Below the pieces are notes generated by a model, which saw only the letters and a program-made list of their open reading frames with translations, was not told where the DNA came from and did not search any database. Positions 13,096 through 27,272 of a stretch of 43,502 bases of DNA are shown one piece after another. Origin of the DNA: Tubiluchus corallicola (lineage: Eukaryota > Animalia > Priapulida). The translations under genes were made by a program, and so were the position numbers. Position 1 is the first letter of the stretch, and every line of letters begins with the position of its first letter. The stretch is from NCBI GenBank assembly GCA_030141605.1, contig JAQGDQ010001381.1, forward strand, positions 1-43,502. The letters are read 5' to 3'.

Positions 13096-13110
13096 TTCTC
13101 CTTGTCATAG

Positions 13111-13271
13111 GTTTGAGTGGCTTCACGCCGGTACATCCGTACAGCTACATCGTTGCTAAAAGAAACAGGTTAAAAGCGGAAGAGGAGGCGGCCAAAGCGG
13201 ACGAGGCGAAGGAGCAGGTTGCTGCCAATTCGACAGATACGATGGTGACCGAACAGACAAAACCCAGCTGA
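13111..13271 (+). CDS. MRPS16: mRpS16 last coding exon
   Basis: Acceptor cttgtcatAG at 13109-13110. The phase-1 join gives LLGLSGFTPVHPYSYIVAKRNR...KPS*, matching the conserved LLGLAGFFPxHP motif. Total about 135 aa. Confidence 0.94.
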
Positions 13272-13849
13272 TATTTTTGAACTGCTAATTGTGCTCGATT
13301 GAAAACTAGAAATCTTATTTCATCAAACCCGTGGCTTCCGAACGCATCAGCTATCTTCGATTTACGCGGATTTTTCCGTTGAAAATGTAAACGGTCCGGA
13401 AAAGTTATGCAGGTCCCAAAATGACGTCACTGTTTCTAGTAATTTTCGTTAATTAATACGGTGCAAATTGTAGCTGTGTGTTTTCGTTTTTTGGCTGTAA
13501 GTAGCGCAGAAGAAATGTGCCAACAGTTAGACTACTATAATGTGTGAGCTTGCCTAGCAAAATCGTCCATAAGTCGGCAATTAAGCTTTTCTAGTTATTC
13601 ATGTATCCTGAATCTCTATTTCATGAAGATCATTTAGGTACCAAGTTCATCGCTCTATGTTATTTCTAAGCTGAGATAATCCATGTTGAAGTTGAGGTGC
13701 AGGTTACACACTGAAAATAATCTTGAGAAAATCACTGTTAAAGTCAGCCATTGTTTTTTGTCACATTTTTACAAAACACTTAGCAACAGTACGAATGTTG
13801 GTTGCTACAGACTTTGCAAGAACACATTGAAGTTATGTTTAAACGTAGT

Positions 13850-14220
13850 AGATGTCTCTTCCTGACGAAGATCTGGACTTGTCAACAGAAAAAAAACTCG
13901 CAGCTAAATGACAGCTTTCAAGAGCTACTATCAGAGTTTGAAAATACAAAGTTTTTTTACAATTACAGCACTAGTTTCTAGCCAGAAAAGTTAGGAAGGG
14001 AATTAGATTTTTTAGTATTTTTGACCATTTTCTTGATAATTTGATGCTTAGAATTTAAAAGTCCAATATATTTAGCGTTTGTTTTTATAAAAAAAACAAA
14101 AAAATTGACATTGACTAAATTTTTGTTGCCTTCTGTCTTGAAGCATCATAACGTAGTTTTAACTATGCCGACTTATATACGGTTTTACTTTGGAAGCACA
14201 CATATTTGAAACAGTTGCGT
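13850..14220. repeat. inverted copy of the 12100-12465 repeat
   Basis: Shared blocks gagctactatca.agtttgaaaat and cattttcttgataatttgatgct. Confidence 0.7.
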
Positions 14221-14949
14221 TACGAAGTTGAAATTTCAAAGGGTGAATGTTAAATTATAGTTTCAGTAGTTCTAGTTGTCTAGTTGATTGTTCTGCATTC
14301 TTGTAAAATGATACCGTTCTGCATATTACGGAATAGTATTGTGTCTTTTTTGAAAACTGGTTTCTAAATATACATGCTTGTTTTGAAAGGCGTATACGTG
14401 TGCGTGAGTGCGGTTATGTGCGCTCACATGTGTGTGGAAATAAAGCTAATGTTTAATATTAGTACTCAATAATGAACAACTACTTGTTTATTTACAACAT
14501 TCTGTTTTAGTAACACACCACAAGAAGTTATTGTCAAATGTGCAAAAATCAATATGGACTAGTTAAAAAGCAACTATGTAGTGAAAGGGTTAATGAATTC
14601 TATGAACTACATATTATTAGTAATTACATGTATGCATAATTAATTATATGTATTTGCATATTGCTTATATTCATGCAGGCTGCACAATTGCAAGGTAGTT
14701 GTGTAATACCTTGCACCTATTCGTTATGTGGCACTTATATACAAGCTGAGCTCAGTAACTGCCAGTGGTGTGTTATAAAGTGTTTGTAAGTGTTTTACAA
14801 CACTTCCTAATATCCTACACCTACTGCAGCAGTCATACCACAATCCTGATACAGATTATGCAAAACAAGGCATCATTGATAAATCTTTAGAGCTGATGTC
14901 AACATAGCACAATCTACTATCTTTTCATCCCACTATTTCCACTAACACA

Positions 14950-15200
14950 TCCTTCTACCCTTCCTGTGTGATCTAACCTTTCTCCCAGTTCTTTTTTTTG
15001 TTCACTCATCCATTCTTTTTTTATCGGGTTCACATGACAGTGGGCTTATACAAGCCTTTGCTTCTCCAGCCCACTGCAGTACAATTATTCTTTTATGATA
15101 AAGATAGTGTATGAAACATAACAATTTAATACAGTAGATGTAATAATTTTGATGTCACTGTGTGCTTTATATTGTACTGAATGTGATAATAATAATAATA
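14950..15200 (+). mobile_element. LINE 3'-tail fragment, near-identical copy at ~34548-34810
   Basis: Hairpin cagtgggct-tatacaagcctttgcttct..agcccactg and a (TAA)n tail. Inserted in a repeat that is intact at ~12480-12660. Confidence 0.7.
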
Positions 15201-15547
15201 ATAAAAAATAATAATAAAAAATTAATTAAAGTGCACCCTTTACATGAATATGAACGTATACACATTTTCCGAGGAAAATAATATTTTTATAATAATATAA
15301 ACGTATTTTGCTGTAAAAATGAAATGAAAGAAAACCTATTAAATCAAAATGAAGCGAAACTTCCCTTTATTTTCCTATAAAAATAGTAACAAAATTATAA
15401 AATTTGAATTACAATATAATATTTATAATTAGTAATGTAAGAAAATTCACAACAGAAGTTGAAGCAAAACATTTAAATTGACTCTGAACTTGTCAAAATT
15501 CAGCTAAAACCCATTCTCCACTAGCAGTTAATACTTTTAGTGTGGTC

Positions 15548-15983
15548 CATTGGTGGCTCGTAGTTAAGATTAGTGGGGGGGGGGGCTGCTTCAGAAAATG
15601 TTTAGCCATTGTTTTAATACTGTGTAAAACGAAACAAACATATGTCATTTTAATGTTGCAATTGTAATTTTAAAGAAATAAACGTATGAAAGTTTATACA
15701 TAAACTGACGAAACCCTAAACAATGTGTACTAGCAGCCTAAATTGCTGCAGTTCAACTGACAACAAACTGTGTGAGCGACGAGACTTTTTCTACCTAGAC
15801 ATGTGTGCATGGCCGTATGCACACAGCAGCCAAACACCGCGTTGCTGGAGCGCACTGTGCTGTCCTCACGTGCTCTGGTTCCGCACAAGTATAAAGAAAA
15901 AAGACATTATATTGAATATTATAATATTGAGTGAAAATAGGGGGTGCTGCAGTTCCACTGTACCTATACACGAGCCGCCACTG
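15548..15983. mobile_element. hAT-like MITE; partial copies at ~25600-25780, ~26080-26400 and ~33997-34250
   Basis: TIRs cattggtggctcgt / acgagccgccactg. Degenerate 8-bp TSD gtgtggtc / gcttggtc. Confidence 0.75.
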
Positions 15984-16033
15984 GCTTGGTCATTTATCAC
16001 AAATGTCTTGTCAGGGTTTCATATAGTTCATCA

Positions 16034-16250
16034 TTAAAACTTTGCAAGTACATTTACAACCATTTTGCATTAAAGCTTTGCAAGTACATTTTCAACCATT
16101 TTGCGTTAAAACTTTGCAAGTACGTTTTCAACCATTTTGCATTAATACTTTACAAGTACATTTTCAACCATTTTGCATTAAAACTTTGGAAGTACATTTT
16201 TAACCATTTTGCATTAATACTTTGCAAGTACATTTTCAACCATTTTGCAT
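16034..16250. repeat. 36-bp minisatellite, ~6 copies
   Basis: Unit approximately ttaaaactttgcaagtacattttcaaccattttgca. Confidence 0.93.
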
Positions 16251-16454
16251 AGTTATAGATAAGTCCCCTATACTTTTCATGAGCCAAATTATAGCATTAT
16301 CAAACTGTTGTCCTTGATACAATCCGGCATAATCCGTATTACAATTTCAGACTACGATTTTAGATAATTGCGATAACATTTATTTTTATGATCTGTTCAG
16401 ATGCTGCAGTTTTTCCAAATCTCAAATCAAATTTTAACACACGGAACAGTCGAT

Positions 16455-16849
16455 TAGGCGTGAGCATTCTCTACCAGACAGCGAATTCGAATCGGATCGA
16501 ATTTGTGACTTTCGAATTTGAATCGAACCGAACTTCAGTGTTTCGAATTCGAATTGAGATTGAACGATTTTCGAACTAGTTTTCGAACCACCAGTAAAAT
16601 TAGTCTTACAAAGATCATGCATATCACTAGATTTTGTTCTGCAATAAAACGACTAGTAATTTGCTTAGAGTTCTGCGCAGAAATAACAACTAAATTATGC
16701 TAATCGCATGATGTTTCAATCGTTTTAATGATCAGGAACATGTGTGATTGAAGTGCTGAATTATTCGAATCTATGGTTTTGGATTCGAATCGAGTTCGAA
16801 CTAAAAAAACTCGTTCGAATCGAATTCGAGCGTTCGATGCTCATCCCTA
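16455..16849. mobile_element. second, inverted copy of the TTCGAA-rich hAT MITE
   Basis: Reverse complement of 4204-4644. TIRs taggcgtgagcat / atgctcatcccta. TSD cagtcgat / cggtcgat. Confidence 0.9.
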
Positions 16850-17492
16850 CGGTCGATATGAAAGATATGTCGTCCTTAATACAATCCGCCATAATCTGCA
16901 TCACAATTTCAGGCTATGATTTTAGATAATTGCCATAACGTTTATTTTTATTGCATCTAAAAATTCGACTTTTCCAAATTTCAACGGGTTTTCCAAATCC
17001 CAAAGCAACTTTTAACACATGAAACAGTCGATATACAGTATCAATATCTTCATTTCTAACCATGCTAATCATAAGCATAGGATATAAGCAAGTTTCTTGA
17101 ACCTCAGAAAGCTTAAATTCTCACGGTATATTACAGCACAGCTGCAGCCAGTAATACGAAGCCAGGTAGTTTGTCATGCCATGTTTCATGTATCGCTTGA
17201 AGCCTATCTTTTTCAATTGCTAATATAAATGCACTTATAAAAGTACACATGCAGTAAGTGCCGGGAGTACAACGCACTGGTGAGCAGAATAATTTTTACA
17301 GAATTCGCGCCAATTATGAGCCACAAATTTTATATCAATACTGATTATGATGTTAGTACACCACGTTTTAAAAACCTGATCAGTCATGATGCACCATCTA
17401 GCGGCGGGAATAATATATGTACTTTTAACACACGGAACAGCCGATATGAAAGATTCTCTCGTTGAATGACGCCAGAATCACCATGGAAACGC

Positions 17493-18752
17493 TCAGATGA
17501 CGTCGTAGTAAAAGTCTAGGCCCTGTCCGAGTTCCCATATGGATATCCCGGTTCCCAGACTCAGCGCCAGCTCCAAGCGTATCTGTACGGAAAGCAACGA
17601 GGGATAAAACACGGCGTGGGGAACGTTCCCCTTCGTGTAGCGGAAGTAGTTTTCCGCGGAAGTGTCCTCCCACTCGATGGTGGGCGTGTACGTCTTAAGC
17701 AGTTCAATGTATTTATTTCCTAATATGGCTTCGCTGCCTTGCGAAGAATAATCGTTGCCGTAGAAATTCAGTCCCACCAGTATCTTCTGTCGCCATGGCG
17801 ACTTCGCGTCGGGACATATCAGCTGGACGCAGTTCTTCACCCACCATAGCGGACTGTTTGGTCCAGGTTTGGCCGGATTAGAAAAGTCGTAGGTCATCAA
17901 GCTGAACGCATCCACGTGAGGCGCCAGTCTGTCGAAATCTTCTTTGATGAAGAATCCGGCTCGCTTGGCTTCGTACACCGCCGGCGGAATGACGAGTATG
18001 ATCTCCAGGTCCTCGTCGTGGAAGCTCTCCGCCATGTGGATCACGAGATCCGCAACTTCCACTTTCGCCGCGCCGCCGGCTTGACTGAATATCTCCACGA
18101 CGATTCCGTTGAAGCCGTGCAGCTGAGTGAACTCCAGGAGAGTCTTGATCAGCGCCTCTTCCGAGTCCGGATTATTGAACACGTCGGCGAAATCGGCGCC
18201 CGACCAGCCGTCAAAGAGGACGCGCGGAGTCAGGTACGTCTTACGCCCCTTCTTCACCTCCGCCATCCATCCCTTGTCGATGTCGTGGCCTCCGGTGACG
18301 ACAAACTTACCGTGACGCGACGGAGGCCGGACCTGCAGCCAAACCGGTGATATGTACGTGAACTTGTTGCCGTAGATCTTGGCGACGTCGTAGCCGTGGT
18401 TGTTCCACGGTGTGACGTAGCCGAGCGTCCGACTGTTGAAGTAACTCGCGTCCTTGTGTTTCCCCGGGGGGGAGTGCTGCTCGTGGGTGGCGACGATCTT
18501 GTCGTACGTGGGACGCTGCAGCGTCAGCTTCAGCTCCTCTTCTTCGGCCGTCAGCGTCACCCGGGGTTTTCCGTCGGACGCAGTTTTCGTCCCCTTTTGC
18601 TTCTTGTTGTTGTTGTTGTTGCCGTGCCGATGCGGCGTGGGCGTCACGTCGCCCCCGTCTTTTTTCTTCTTTTGCGGAGGCGACAAGGTGGCAAGAGACT
18701 GATGAAGGACCACCGTGCAGAGGAGGAACAGAGAACAGCACAGCGTATTCAT
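17493..18752 (-). CDS. CHID1: chitinase domain-containing protein 1 (GH18-like, SI-CLP), single coding exon, 419 aa
   Basis: Signal peptide, then LGYVTPWNNHGYDVAK, FTYISPVWLQ, degenerate catalytic motif FNGIVVE, FSLMTYDFS, PGPNSPLWW, KILVGLNFYG and GISIWELGQGLDFYYD. A probable 5'-UTR acceptor tgttttgcAG lies at 18832-18831. Confidence 0.97.
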   Translation of the reverse strand: MNTLCCSLFLLCTVVLHQSLATLSPPQKKKKDGGDVTPTPHRHGNNNNNKKQKGTKTASDGKPRVTLTAEEEELKLTLQRPTYDKIVATHEQHSPPGKHKDASYFNSRTLGYVTPWNNHGYDVAKIYGNKFTYISPVWLQVRPPSRHGKFVVTGGHDIDKGWMAEVKKGRKTYLTPRVLFDGWSGADFADVFNNPDSEEALIKTLLEFTQLHGFNGIVVEIFSQAGGAAKVEVADLVIHMAESFHDEDLEIILVIPPAVYEAKRAGFFIKEDFDRLAPHVDAFSLMTYDFSNPAKPGPNSPLWWVKNCVQLICPDAKSPWRQKILVGLNFYGNDYSSQGSEAILGNKYIELLKTYTPTIEWEDTSAENYFRYTKGNVPHAVFYPSLLSVQIRLELALSLGTGISIWELGQGLDFYYDVI

Positions 18753-21719
18753 CCTATGATCCCCTTTTGTCTCCCCATTAAGCCATTGAAGGTGTGGTCA
18801 AAGTTGGTCAGCCAGTGGCACTTTTTTTGCCTGCAAAACAAAAGACGCATTGCAGAGTTCAAGGTTTATTAATTTCTGCACAGCATCTTACTATAATATC
18901 AGTAAAATACAGACAATTATCCAGTAACAGGGATGAGAATGACAAATTGCAAAAAACTCTGAAACAGGCCGTGGGGTTTGGCGGCCATGTAGGCCGTTGA
19001 GAACCTCTAGGTGGACTTAAAATATCAATTACCTTGTTTCATGCATAATTTAAAATACCCAACTATCAAGGATACATGATACCTAATTGTCTCAAAAACG
19101 CCTAAGTACTGGCCGCTCCTATGCAAAAATATATAAAAACTGTCTGCAATTGACTCAAATAACTCCGCACAATTGATTCTATATTTTTATACATAGAGAT
19201 CTACACGTGTTTACACTGATGTACGTGACGTAAACAAAGTGACGGCCTGCCAACTAGCGGTCAGTTTGTGAAATAATGTACCGCGTCTGTAAAAATTTTC
19301 TCAACGAATTTACGCGATTTACAAAAATGGCACTACTGGTCTTCCAAAAACTCAGAATTCCGCGTGTCCACAGAAAATTCTCATCCCTCATTCAATGTTT
19401 ATTAATTTCTGCAATTATTTTTTTCCCGGACCCAACTCGCGATTTTTTCGAAATTTTGACCAAACAGCATGCGGAAAAAACGTTTTAGCAGCGCCTGGTG
19501 GGACTCTCGAAAGGAGATATATAGCTCTTTAGAAAGAGGAAGAACAGGGCTACGCGATGGTGTGGGATATATTTTAGTACACATTCACCAAGAGGAGTGG
19601 CGACGAGTTAATTAGATGTTCTATTTTTGGCAATTTTTGCTTAGAAAACTGCTGATGCAAAGCCATTATTCTGACGTCATCCATTGTACTCTGTCTATAA
19701 CTTTAATTCAGTAAAAGCTGCTGCTTGCTTTGCGTTGCAAATGAGGACTATGTAGGATGTCCGCGTATTTTGATTATAAGTGTATTTATATGCAAAATTT
19801 TTTGCCGGGACTTTGCTAGTCTTACTATAACATCAGTAAAACACAGATAATTATCCAGTAAAGAAAATACAAATGCAAATACAATATGTGCGCTTACATG
19901 GAAAAATCGTCCATAAAACTGCAATTAAGCATTTCTAGTTATTTACATATCTTGCAGATCATTTTGACACCAAGCTCATCGCTCTATGTTATTTGTAAAC
20001 AAAAAAATAAAAAATTGACATTTGACCAAATTTTTGGTGCATTCTACTTTAAAGCATCATAATTTAGTTTCAACAATGCCGACTTATGTACGGTTTCGGT
20101 TTGCAAGTACACAAATGATTTTTTGGTCTGGTATTGTGCCAGATCATCCCAGATGTACAGCGAAGATGTCCAGACATTTGAGTAGCAGCAGCTACAACGC
20201 ATGCTTCTTACTTTCTTATTTGTATGCTAGTCAAATGAAATATTATTATATAACAAGCAGCACGGGTTATCCCTAGTCCATACGGTCATTAAAAAAATGA
20301 CATTCAAAACACTGAACTTTGTCTACACATCGACATTTACTTTGCTTATGAAAATGAAGCGTCTGTATGAATATTTAGACATTGATGTGGACATTGAATG
20401 AAACGTTGTCTACCTTGAAATGAAAAGATCTAGACTATAAAGCGGTATAAAAGTTAATTTTCTCAATAGCAGTTAAAATTCGACATAATTATTTTTACAT
20501 TTCATTGCAACTGAGAAGGACCAGCATTGGTCACTTGGTCAGCTGCCCCTTATTAAAAATACAAGTAAAAATACAAGTTTACTTACAGGCTCATGACATT
20601 TTTTAGGTGTATGTATATATATATATAACCCTACATACATATATAAACATTATAGTATATAGTATTAAAAATAGATTTGGTGTTAAATTAAGTACTAAGT
20701 AGCAGAATACTTAAAAGTGGGCATTTTTGCTTAGCTGCTAGAGTTAATCCAGCTTTTGCAATACCTAGCTTATATTATTCTAAGTGTTAATGGAAGACAC
20801 AGACATGCCACGTCATCGTCAATGAATATCCGCAGCGTCTACTGCACATAGTTGAAGTTTTTACTATAATAAAAACTTATTATTTATTACATAGGCAGAA
20901 TCATAAGACGAAACTAATTTACCCTAGATACAGATAATTTTTTTCGGCAAGCACTAGACACTATACCTTCTACGCCAGCACGATATCCATTATATCACTT
21001 AAGAAAAAATACAGCGTTGCCTGCCAACAAGGCAGATACTCTGCCTGGCAGTAGGGGAAATCCTCTAAATGATTTATTAATCTTATAGCTTGCACGACTG
21101 AGACACTGAAAGCTGCTGAGGAACGAAAAAATCGTAGAAATGGTCATAGAAACAACTTAATTGTGTGCTAATTACATACACTTGCTGTTTTACCGTTAAT
21201 AATTATTTTTTCATGGTTATTTTTCAAATTTTAATTTCTTTGTTTAATAATGACTGCCAATGGATAATAACTACATAAATATTTTCCATGTTATATTTTT
21301 GTATTCAGCTCCAATTATCATTGTTGTTTTTTTGTATTTCACTGCCACTGAGGCATTGCTATATTTTCAGTAGAGATCATTTTCATTAATTATCGGTTTT
21401 TCCTAATTTTATTTTATTTCAAACGAGTCAGTCTAGCTAATTTTTAAAGGCCATTCAATCTAGCTGATTTGTTTGAGAATCACCATTAAACTAAGTTGAG
21501 CAGCAATTTATTGGAGTAGCTATAAGATGCTATCATTGATCATGGGGTCTTTAGAGTTGCTGGGGGTGATGAGGTTTTTAGCAATGATTGATATATTGCA
21601 TTTAGCTTTCTTACCAAATTAGAATTAATAATTTAAATAGATGGAAAATTTAAAATTATCCGAGGCAGCATTAAACAAAATAAAGAAAATTCATGATTAC
21701 TCGCTAGAAACCTGGGAGA

Positions 21720-22085
<366 letters not shown>

Positions 22086-22329
22086 AAGCAAATTGATAAA
22101 TAGTCCGAAAATAAATAATTTAAATGATTAGGATAGTTAATGAACATATAAACAGAAAACAAAAAACAAGGAAACAAAATAAATACATGCATATATTTAT
22201 AAAAAAGAAATTTGTTATTAATGAAAAAATGTCAGTTTGACTTATTTCCTTAATTCTCTGCACTCTCGTTAAATAATAACAATTATTGTAAATATTCATA
22301 TAAACGGTATTGTAAAGGTGAGAAAACTT

Positions 22330-22567
22330 TAATCTATGCGCAATCCGTTGCATCTGTGGGCGACAGTCATTGTATCGTGCTGCCCTCTGTCCAGCGTTTT
22401 CGCAGTTCCACTTTTAGTTTTAGTAAAATTAGCGCCGCGGAAGATGTGAAATTGTGTATTTGGTATTGACTGTTACTACATAAATTTGCAATTATTTTTG
22501 TGTTTACTTTGGCATTATTGGGGACGTTTTTAAAGCTTTGTAAAAATGTAATCTTTTTAAGGTAAGT
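22330..22567 (+). promoter_or_regulatory. candidate promoter and non-coding first exon, possibly of PDE8
   Basis: CpG-enriched patch (atgcgca, gcgccgcggaag ETS-like) ending in a strong donor aagG|GTAAGT at 22561/22562. Inference only. Confidence 0.4.
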
Positions 22568-23257
22568 TTGTATCTCGAATTTAATCTTGAAGTCCATAAC
22601 TAGGAAGTTTGTGATTTACGGTATTACGCATGAATTCCACCAGTGTGTTAAAGTGGCTAAGGACGCTTTAGCTGCTCTGATGCTGATCGCGAATCGTGAT
22701 AGCAATAAATGGGATGTTTTTTATGTCTGTTTATATTGAGCGGCCACGAAATTATTGAACGTTAATCAAGTCAAACTGCTAAACTTCTTTTTTTAATTTA
22801 ATTAATTTTAAAAATTGTATATCCCATGATAATTGAAAGTGATTTTTACCAGTGTTAATGTTGACTGTATTTCAAGATTGAAGATTTTAGCGACCAGTTT
22901 ACTAGATTAATTTCTGATCTTTTTTCTGAGAAGAAAAAGAACTAATCTAAGTGCATACATGAGGAATGAAAATGCCACAATTTTTTTAGGCTGTTCAGAG
23001 GATAAATTGATTTGAAGATTTATAGACTTAGATTAGCTTATAGAATTCGTTTCTCACAAAATGGTACATTCAATGATACGAAACAATAATTACAAAATAA
23101 CTGCCAATAAATGTAATTGTTTGCAATAAAATGCTTCAGTGTGTGCTGAAAGAAAATCTTGTGAGTACAACATTGATAGTGAGAAAGGATTAGGTAAAGC
23201 AAGGCAGGGTTTAAAATTAGGATGTGTGTATGAGAAGAATGTGATTAGAGGTGCAGG

Positions 23258-23720
23258 TTAGTCAAGGAAAATACATAATACATATATTACACATTATGTG
23301 CTGCTTGTCAAAATACATATAAGCTATATACATAACTTGACATATAAGCTACATACATACATACAGTGCTCAACAGGTTACTGAACATTTTATAATCATG
23401 ATCACAGTTTTTCTTAGTTTTTGCTCCATTTCATCTTTCATTCACTACTCCCTCCACAATTTTATGTACATATTATTATTATTTCAATTATTAATCACTT
23501 CTTTAAGATTTCCACGTACAGTTTGGACTGTCAAACTATGCTTTTAAGCTCAAACTGTATGCATCAAAATTACTCTGTAATGTAATTTGCACATTTATAT
23601 GCTGCATAAGAATCTCTTTTGTAATTTCTGGATAATATTGCATTTATATTTATATTTACTTCAGTGAAATTATCTGTATTTTTATTATAACTGTTAGATA
23701 CAGAGTGGAAATAAATAAAC
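23258..23720 (+). repeat. ~460-bp repeat with a highly similar inverted copy at 30525-30983
   Basis: Direct reverse-complement match. Ends in gaaataaataaac, like a LINE tail. Confidence 0.9.
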
Positions 23721-23929
23721 ATATAAGCTATATACATTACATTATGTCAATAATACTTTTTGCATATCGAAATATACATAATAGACAACAATGCCGAATG
23801 CATGACAGTTGACTAAGATGTGCATTATATACATGTTATTATATACTACCAAAATAAACAAAAAACACAGGTAGTCAAGAGTTACTAAACAAATAATTTT
23901 CTTTTTCGTTTTTAAATTTGCGAATTGAG

Positions 23930-24677
23930 CAAACTTGTTTTACAGCCACAGGAAGAGAATTCCAGGTTTAAGCCCAATCATGCTTACAAAGTGTTTTTTT
24001 GTCTTGGTCCTACAGGGCAGTATAATATATTCATTAAACCCGTTGTTATGGACTTTGGGGTTTAAACTCACTGCATTTACAAAGAAATTAGGGAATGGTT
24101 TGTTATGGGTTTTCTACACAAAGATACAAACTTTGCAGGACACGATCATCGAATATTAAAATCTTACAGCCAATACCAGCGGAAAATTAATTTTTTTTCT
24201 TCCTTTGGCTCTAGGTCCTCATTTGCATTAATTTTAAATACGTAATGGTTAAATTATTATTTAAAGATAGTCACGTGTGTCTCTTCTTTCCCATTATTGA
24301 ACATTACTTTATTTTTCATAAACTAAGTAACACATTCGTATTAATAATTCAATTTTCATTCGTTTTAAATGCAAAATCTGATAATTTTTAATTACCTGGT
24401 ACATATGCATTAACTAATTAATTATATTAGTAACAATCCTGAGAGGGTGGCTGACCTCGATAACTTATAGTTCTTTCGCCACCCTTTCACCACTAATCAA
24501 TAATTACTTTTGCACTTTGTAATATTATTGAATGTTGTATAGATTCATAAATCTGTTAGTTATGTATTTTGCTATTTTAAAAATGGTGATAAACTAATAA
24601 ACTTACTTACTTACTTACTGACTGACTGACTGACTGACTGGCTGACTGACTGACTGACTGACTGACTGACTGACTTA
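23930..24677 (+). mobile_element. LINE 3' fragment with hairpin and (ACTT)/(ACTG)n tail
   Basis: Degenerate ORF2 end (PLLWT..AFTKKL), hairpin gagagggtggc..gccaccctttc at 24441-24488, then AATAAA plus a tetranucleotide tail. Confidence 0.65.
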
Positions 24678-25111
24678 CAGGTTTTCTACAGTTGTGTGAC
24701 AAGAGAATTGCAGCATGCTAAACAGTAATTAATTCTTATGAACATTAATATGGCCGTGGAAAAGCCAAATGTCTAAACTCCTGTTTACGAGGCAACGCAT
24801 GTTTAATGTCAGATCTGCTGTTAAGAAATTCAAAGCACGAGAAAACACGCTTCGCAAATTAGGTTACGACCGCCTTGAAATTTTGCGGTTGCTTGCATGC
24901 ATACAGAGATTAGATTAGATTAGATTAGATTAGATTAGATTAGATTATTTGTCTCACTCCGTATGCATATATGCTATTTAATTACGCATAATTGCATTGA
25001 GACGGAGGGACAAAATACCATGATGGTCACTTGACAGCCACCCCTATTTATATGACATTAGTGTTGCATTTAGTTAACTTAGTAGTGCTATTAACCACTT
25101 GTGAGGGACTT

Positions 25112-25521
25112 GTAGTAGTAATAGTAATGGTAATAGTAACAGCAACAGCAACAGCAACAGTAACAGTAACAGTAACAGTAACAGTAACAGTAACAGTAAC
25201 AGTAACAGTAATAGTAATAGTAATAGTAATAGTAATAGTAATAGTAATACTAATAGTAACAGCAACAGCAACAGTAACAGTAATAGTAATAGTAATAGTA
25301 ATACTAATAGTAACAGCAACAGCAACAGTAACAGTAATAGTAATAGTTACAGTAATCATAATAGTAATAGTAACAGTAACAGTAATAGTAATAGTTACAG
25401 TAATAGTAATTGTAACAGTAATAGTAATAGTAATAATAACAGCAACAGTAATAGTAATAGTTACAGTAATCGTAACAGAAACAGTAACATTAATAGTAAT
25501 AGTAACAGTAACAGTAATAGT
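25112..25521. repeat. (GTAATA/GTAACA/GCAACA)n hexamer microsatellite
   Basis: Seen directly. Confidence 0.97.
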
Positions 25522-26737
25522 GTAAATTTATTTAGCTTCATAAACTTAATGCAGTAGTTAAAATGTTAGTACATATTATACTGATAAATATGAGTAACGA
25601 TATGTATGATAATGCAGACATGAATCGGAGCAGGTGAGGGTAGTACAATTTGCTTCACAGCCCAAGCAACGTGGTGTTTGGCTGTTGTGCGCATGCGACC
25701 ATGCGCACATGTCTGAGATAACACGCTGTACGCTAGCGTCTGTTGCTAGGTAGAAAAGTACTGCCTCTATCACAGTAACAGTTGCCCCGTGCTTACCGTG
25801 TGCGGTCATATTCTTGAATGTGATAAAGTGTAAACTTTGCGTGCGTGCTTCAAACCTAAATTATTTGATAATGGACGTCTTGCGTCCCTAAGAAATAAGT
25901 TCTGTGACTGTAAGTGAACTACAACAGCTTAATTTTTCACAGCTTTCTGAGAAAGTTGCAGCTGAGAAAAGAGGCCGTTCAACACCCGATCTTCAATTAC
26001 AACTTCAACATTAAAATTGTCATATATACTTATATATGTACAAGTCTTTTTTCTTTAGTTCTTTCTTTATACTTGTACGGAGCCGGATCATGTGAGTGTA
26101 GTACTGTTAGCTTCACAACAATATATATGTCTGTGATAAGATGCTGCACATTAAGTAGAGAAAGTACTGTCGCTCACACAGTGTGTGTTGTCAGTGGTCA
26201 CGTGCTTAAAAGTCGGCACATTCATAAACTGCGACAATTTAGGCAACGCGTTTATGTATAAACTTCCGTATGTTTGTTTGTTTAAAATTACAATTACAAC
26301 ATTAAAATTTACGTATGTTTATTTAGTTTTACACAGTATCACAACAATGGCTAAAACGTTTCTGAAGCAGCGCCCCCACTAATTTTAGCTACGAGCAGTC
26401 ACAGTTCGTGAGTCAGTGACACGAGAGTTCGAGTCTAAGACTACATCATTGACATGCATGTATCGTTTATAAAAAAGGTTAATAGAAGAGTAAATTTAAG
26501 ATTTTAATATGGTTGTATTGTAGATCTAAACGAAAATGTAAAGTTAAAGGTTAAGAACTCATTTAAAGATGATGTTTTAAGATACCTGTTATAGCTTCTT
26601 ACAACGTTGTATAGTGTAATATAACTACAAGCGTACTGAAATGAGTGGATATTAGAAAGTTGAATTTCTGCAGATACGTTACTTTACTAACATCTGTTAT
26701 CTCTGTAAGCTGTATATTTTTATGCAAAATAAACTCA

Positions 26738-27272
26738 TAATAATAATAATAATATAATAATAATAACCACAACAACAGCAACAGGAATAATAATAATAAT
26801 AATAATAATAACAACAACAATAACAACCACAACAACAACAACAACAGCAACAGGAATAATAATAATAATAATAACAACAACAACAATAACAACCCAATAA
26901 CAACAACAACAGCAACAGGAATAATAATAATAACAACAACAACAACAATAACAACCACAACAACAACAACAATAACAACAACAACAACAACAACAACAGC
27001 AACAGGAATAATAATAATAACAACAGCAACAAGAACAACAGCAACAGGAATAATAATAATAATAATAACAACAACAATAACAACCACAACAACAACAACA
27101 ATAGCAACAGGAATAATAATAACAACAACAACAACAATAACAACCACAACAACAACAACAATAACAACCACAACAACAACAATAACAACAACAACAACAA
27201 CAACAACCACAACAACAACAGCAACAGGAATAATAATAATAATAACAAGAACAACAACAACAACAATAATAA
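26738..27272. repeat. (AAT)/(AAC) compound microsatellite with a recurring acagcaacagga motif
   Basis: Seen directly. Confidence 0.97.

Noticed and set aside
17916-18872. Antisense and alternative-frame ORFs over CHID1
   Set aside because: Shadow ORFs of a GC-rich CDS.
20376-20412. Second hammerhead (tagaca-ttgatgt...gaaacgt-tgtcta)
   Set aside because: The core is mutated and stem II is absent. At best a dead relic.
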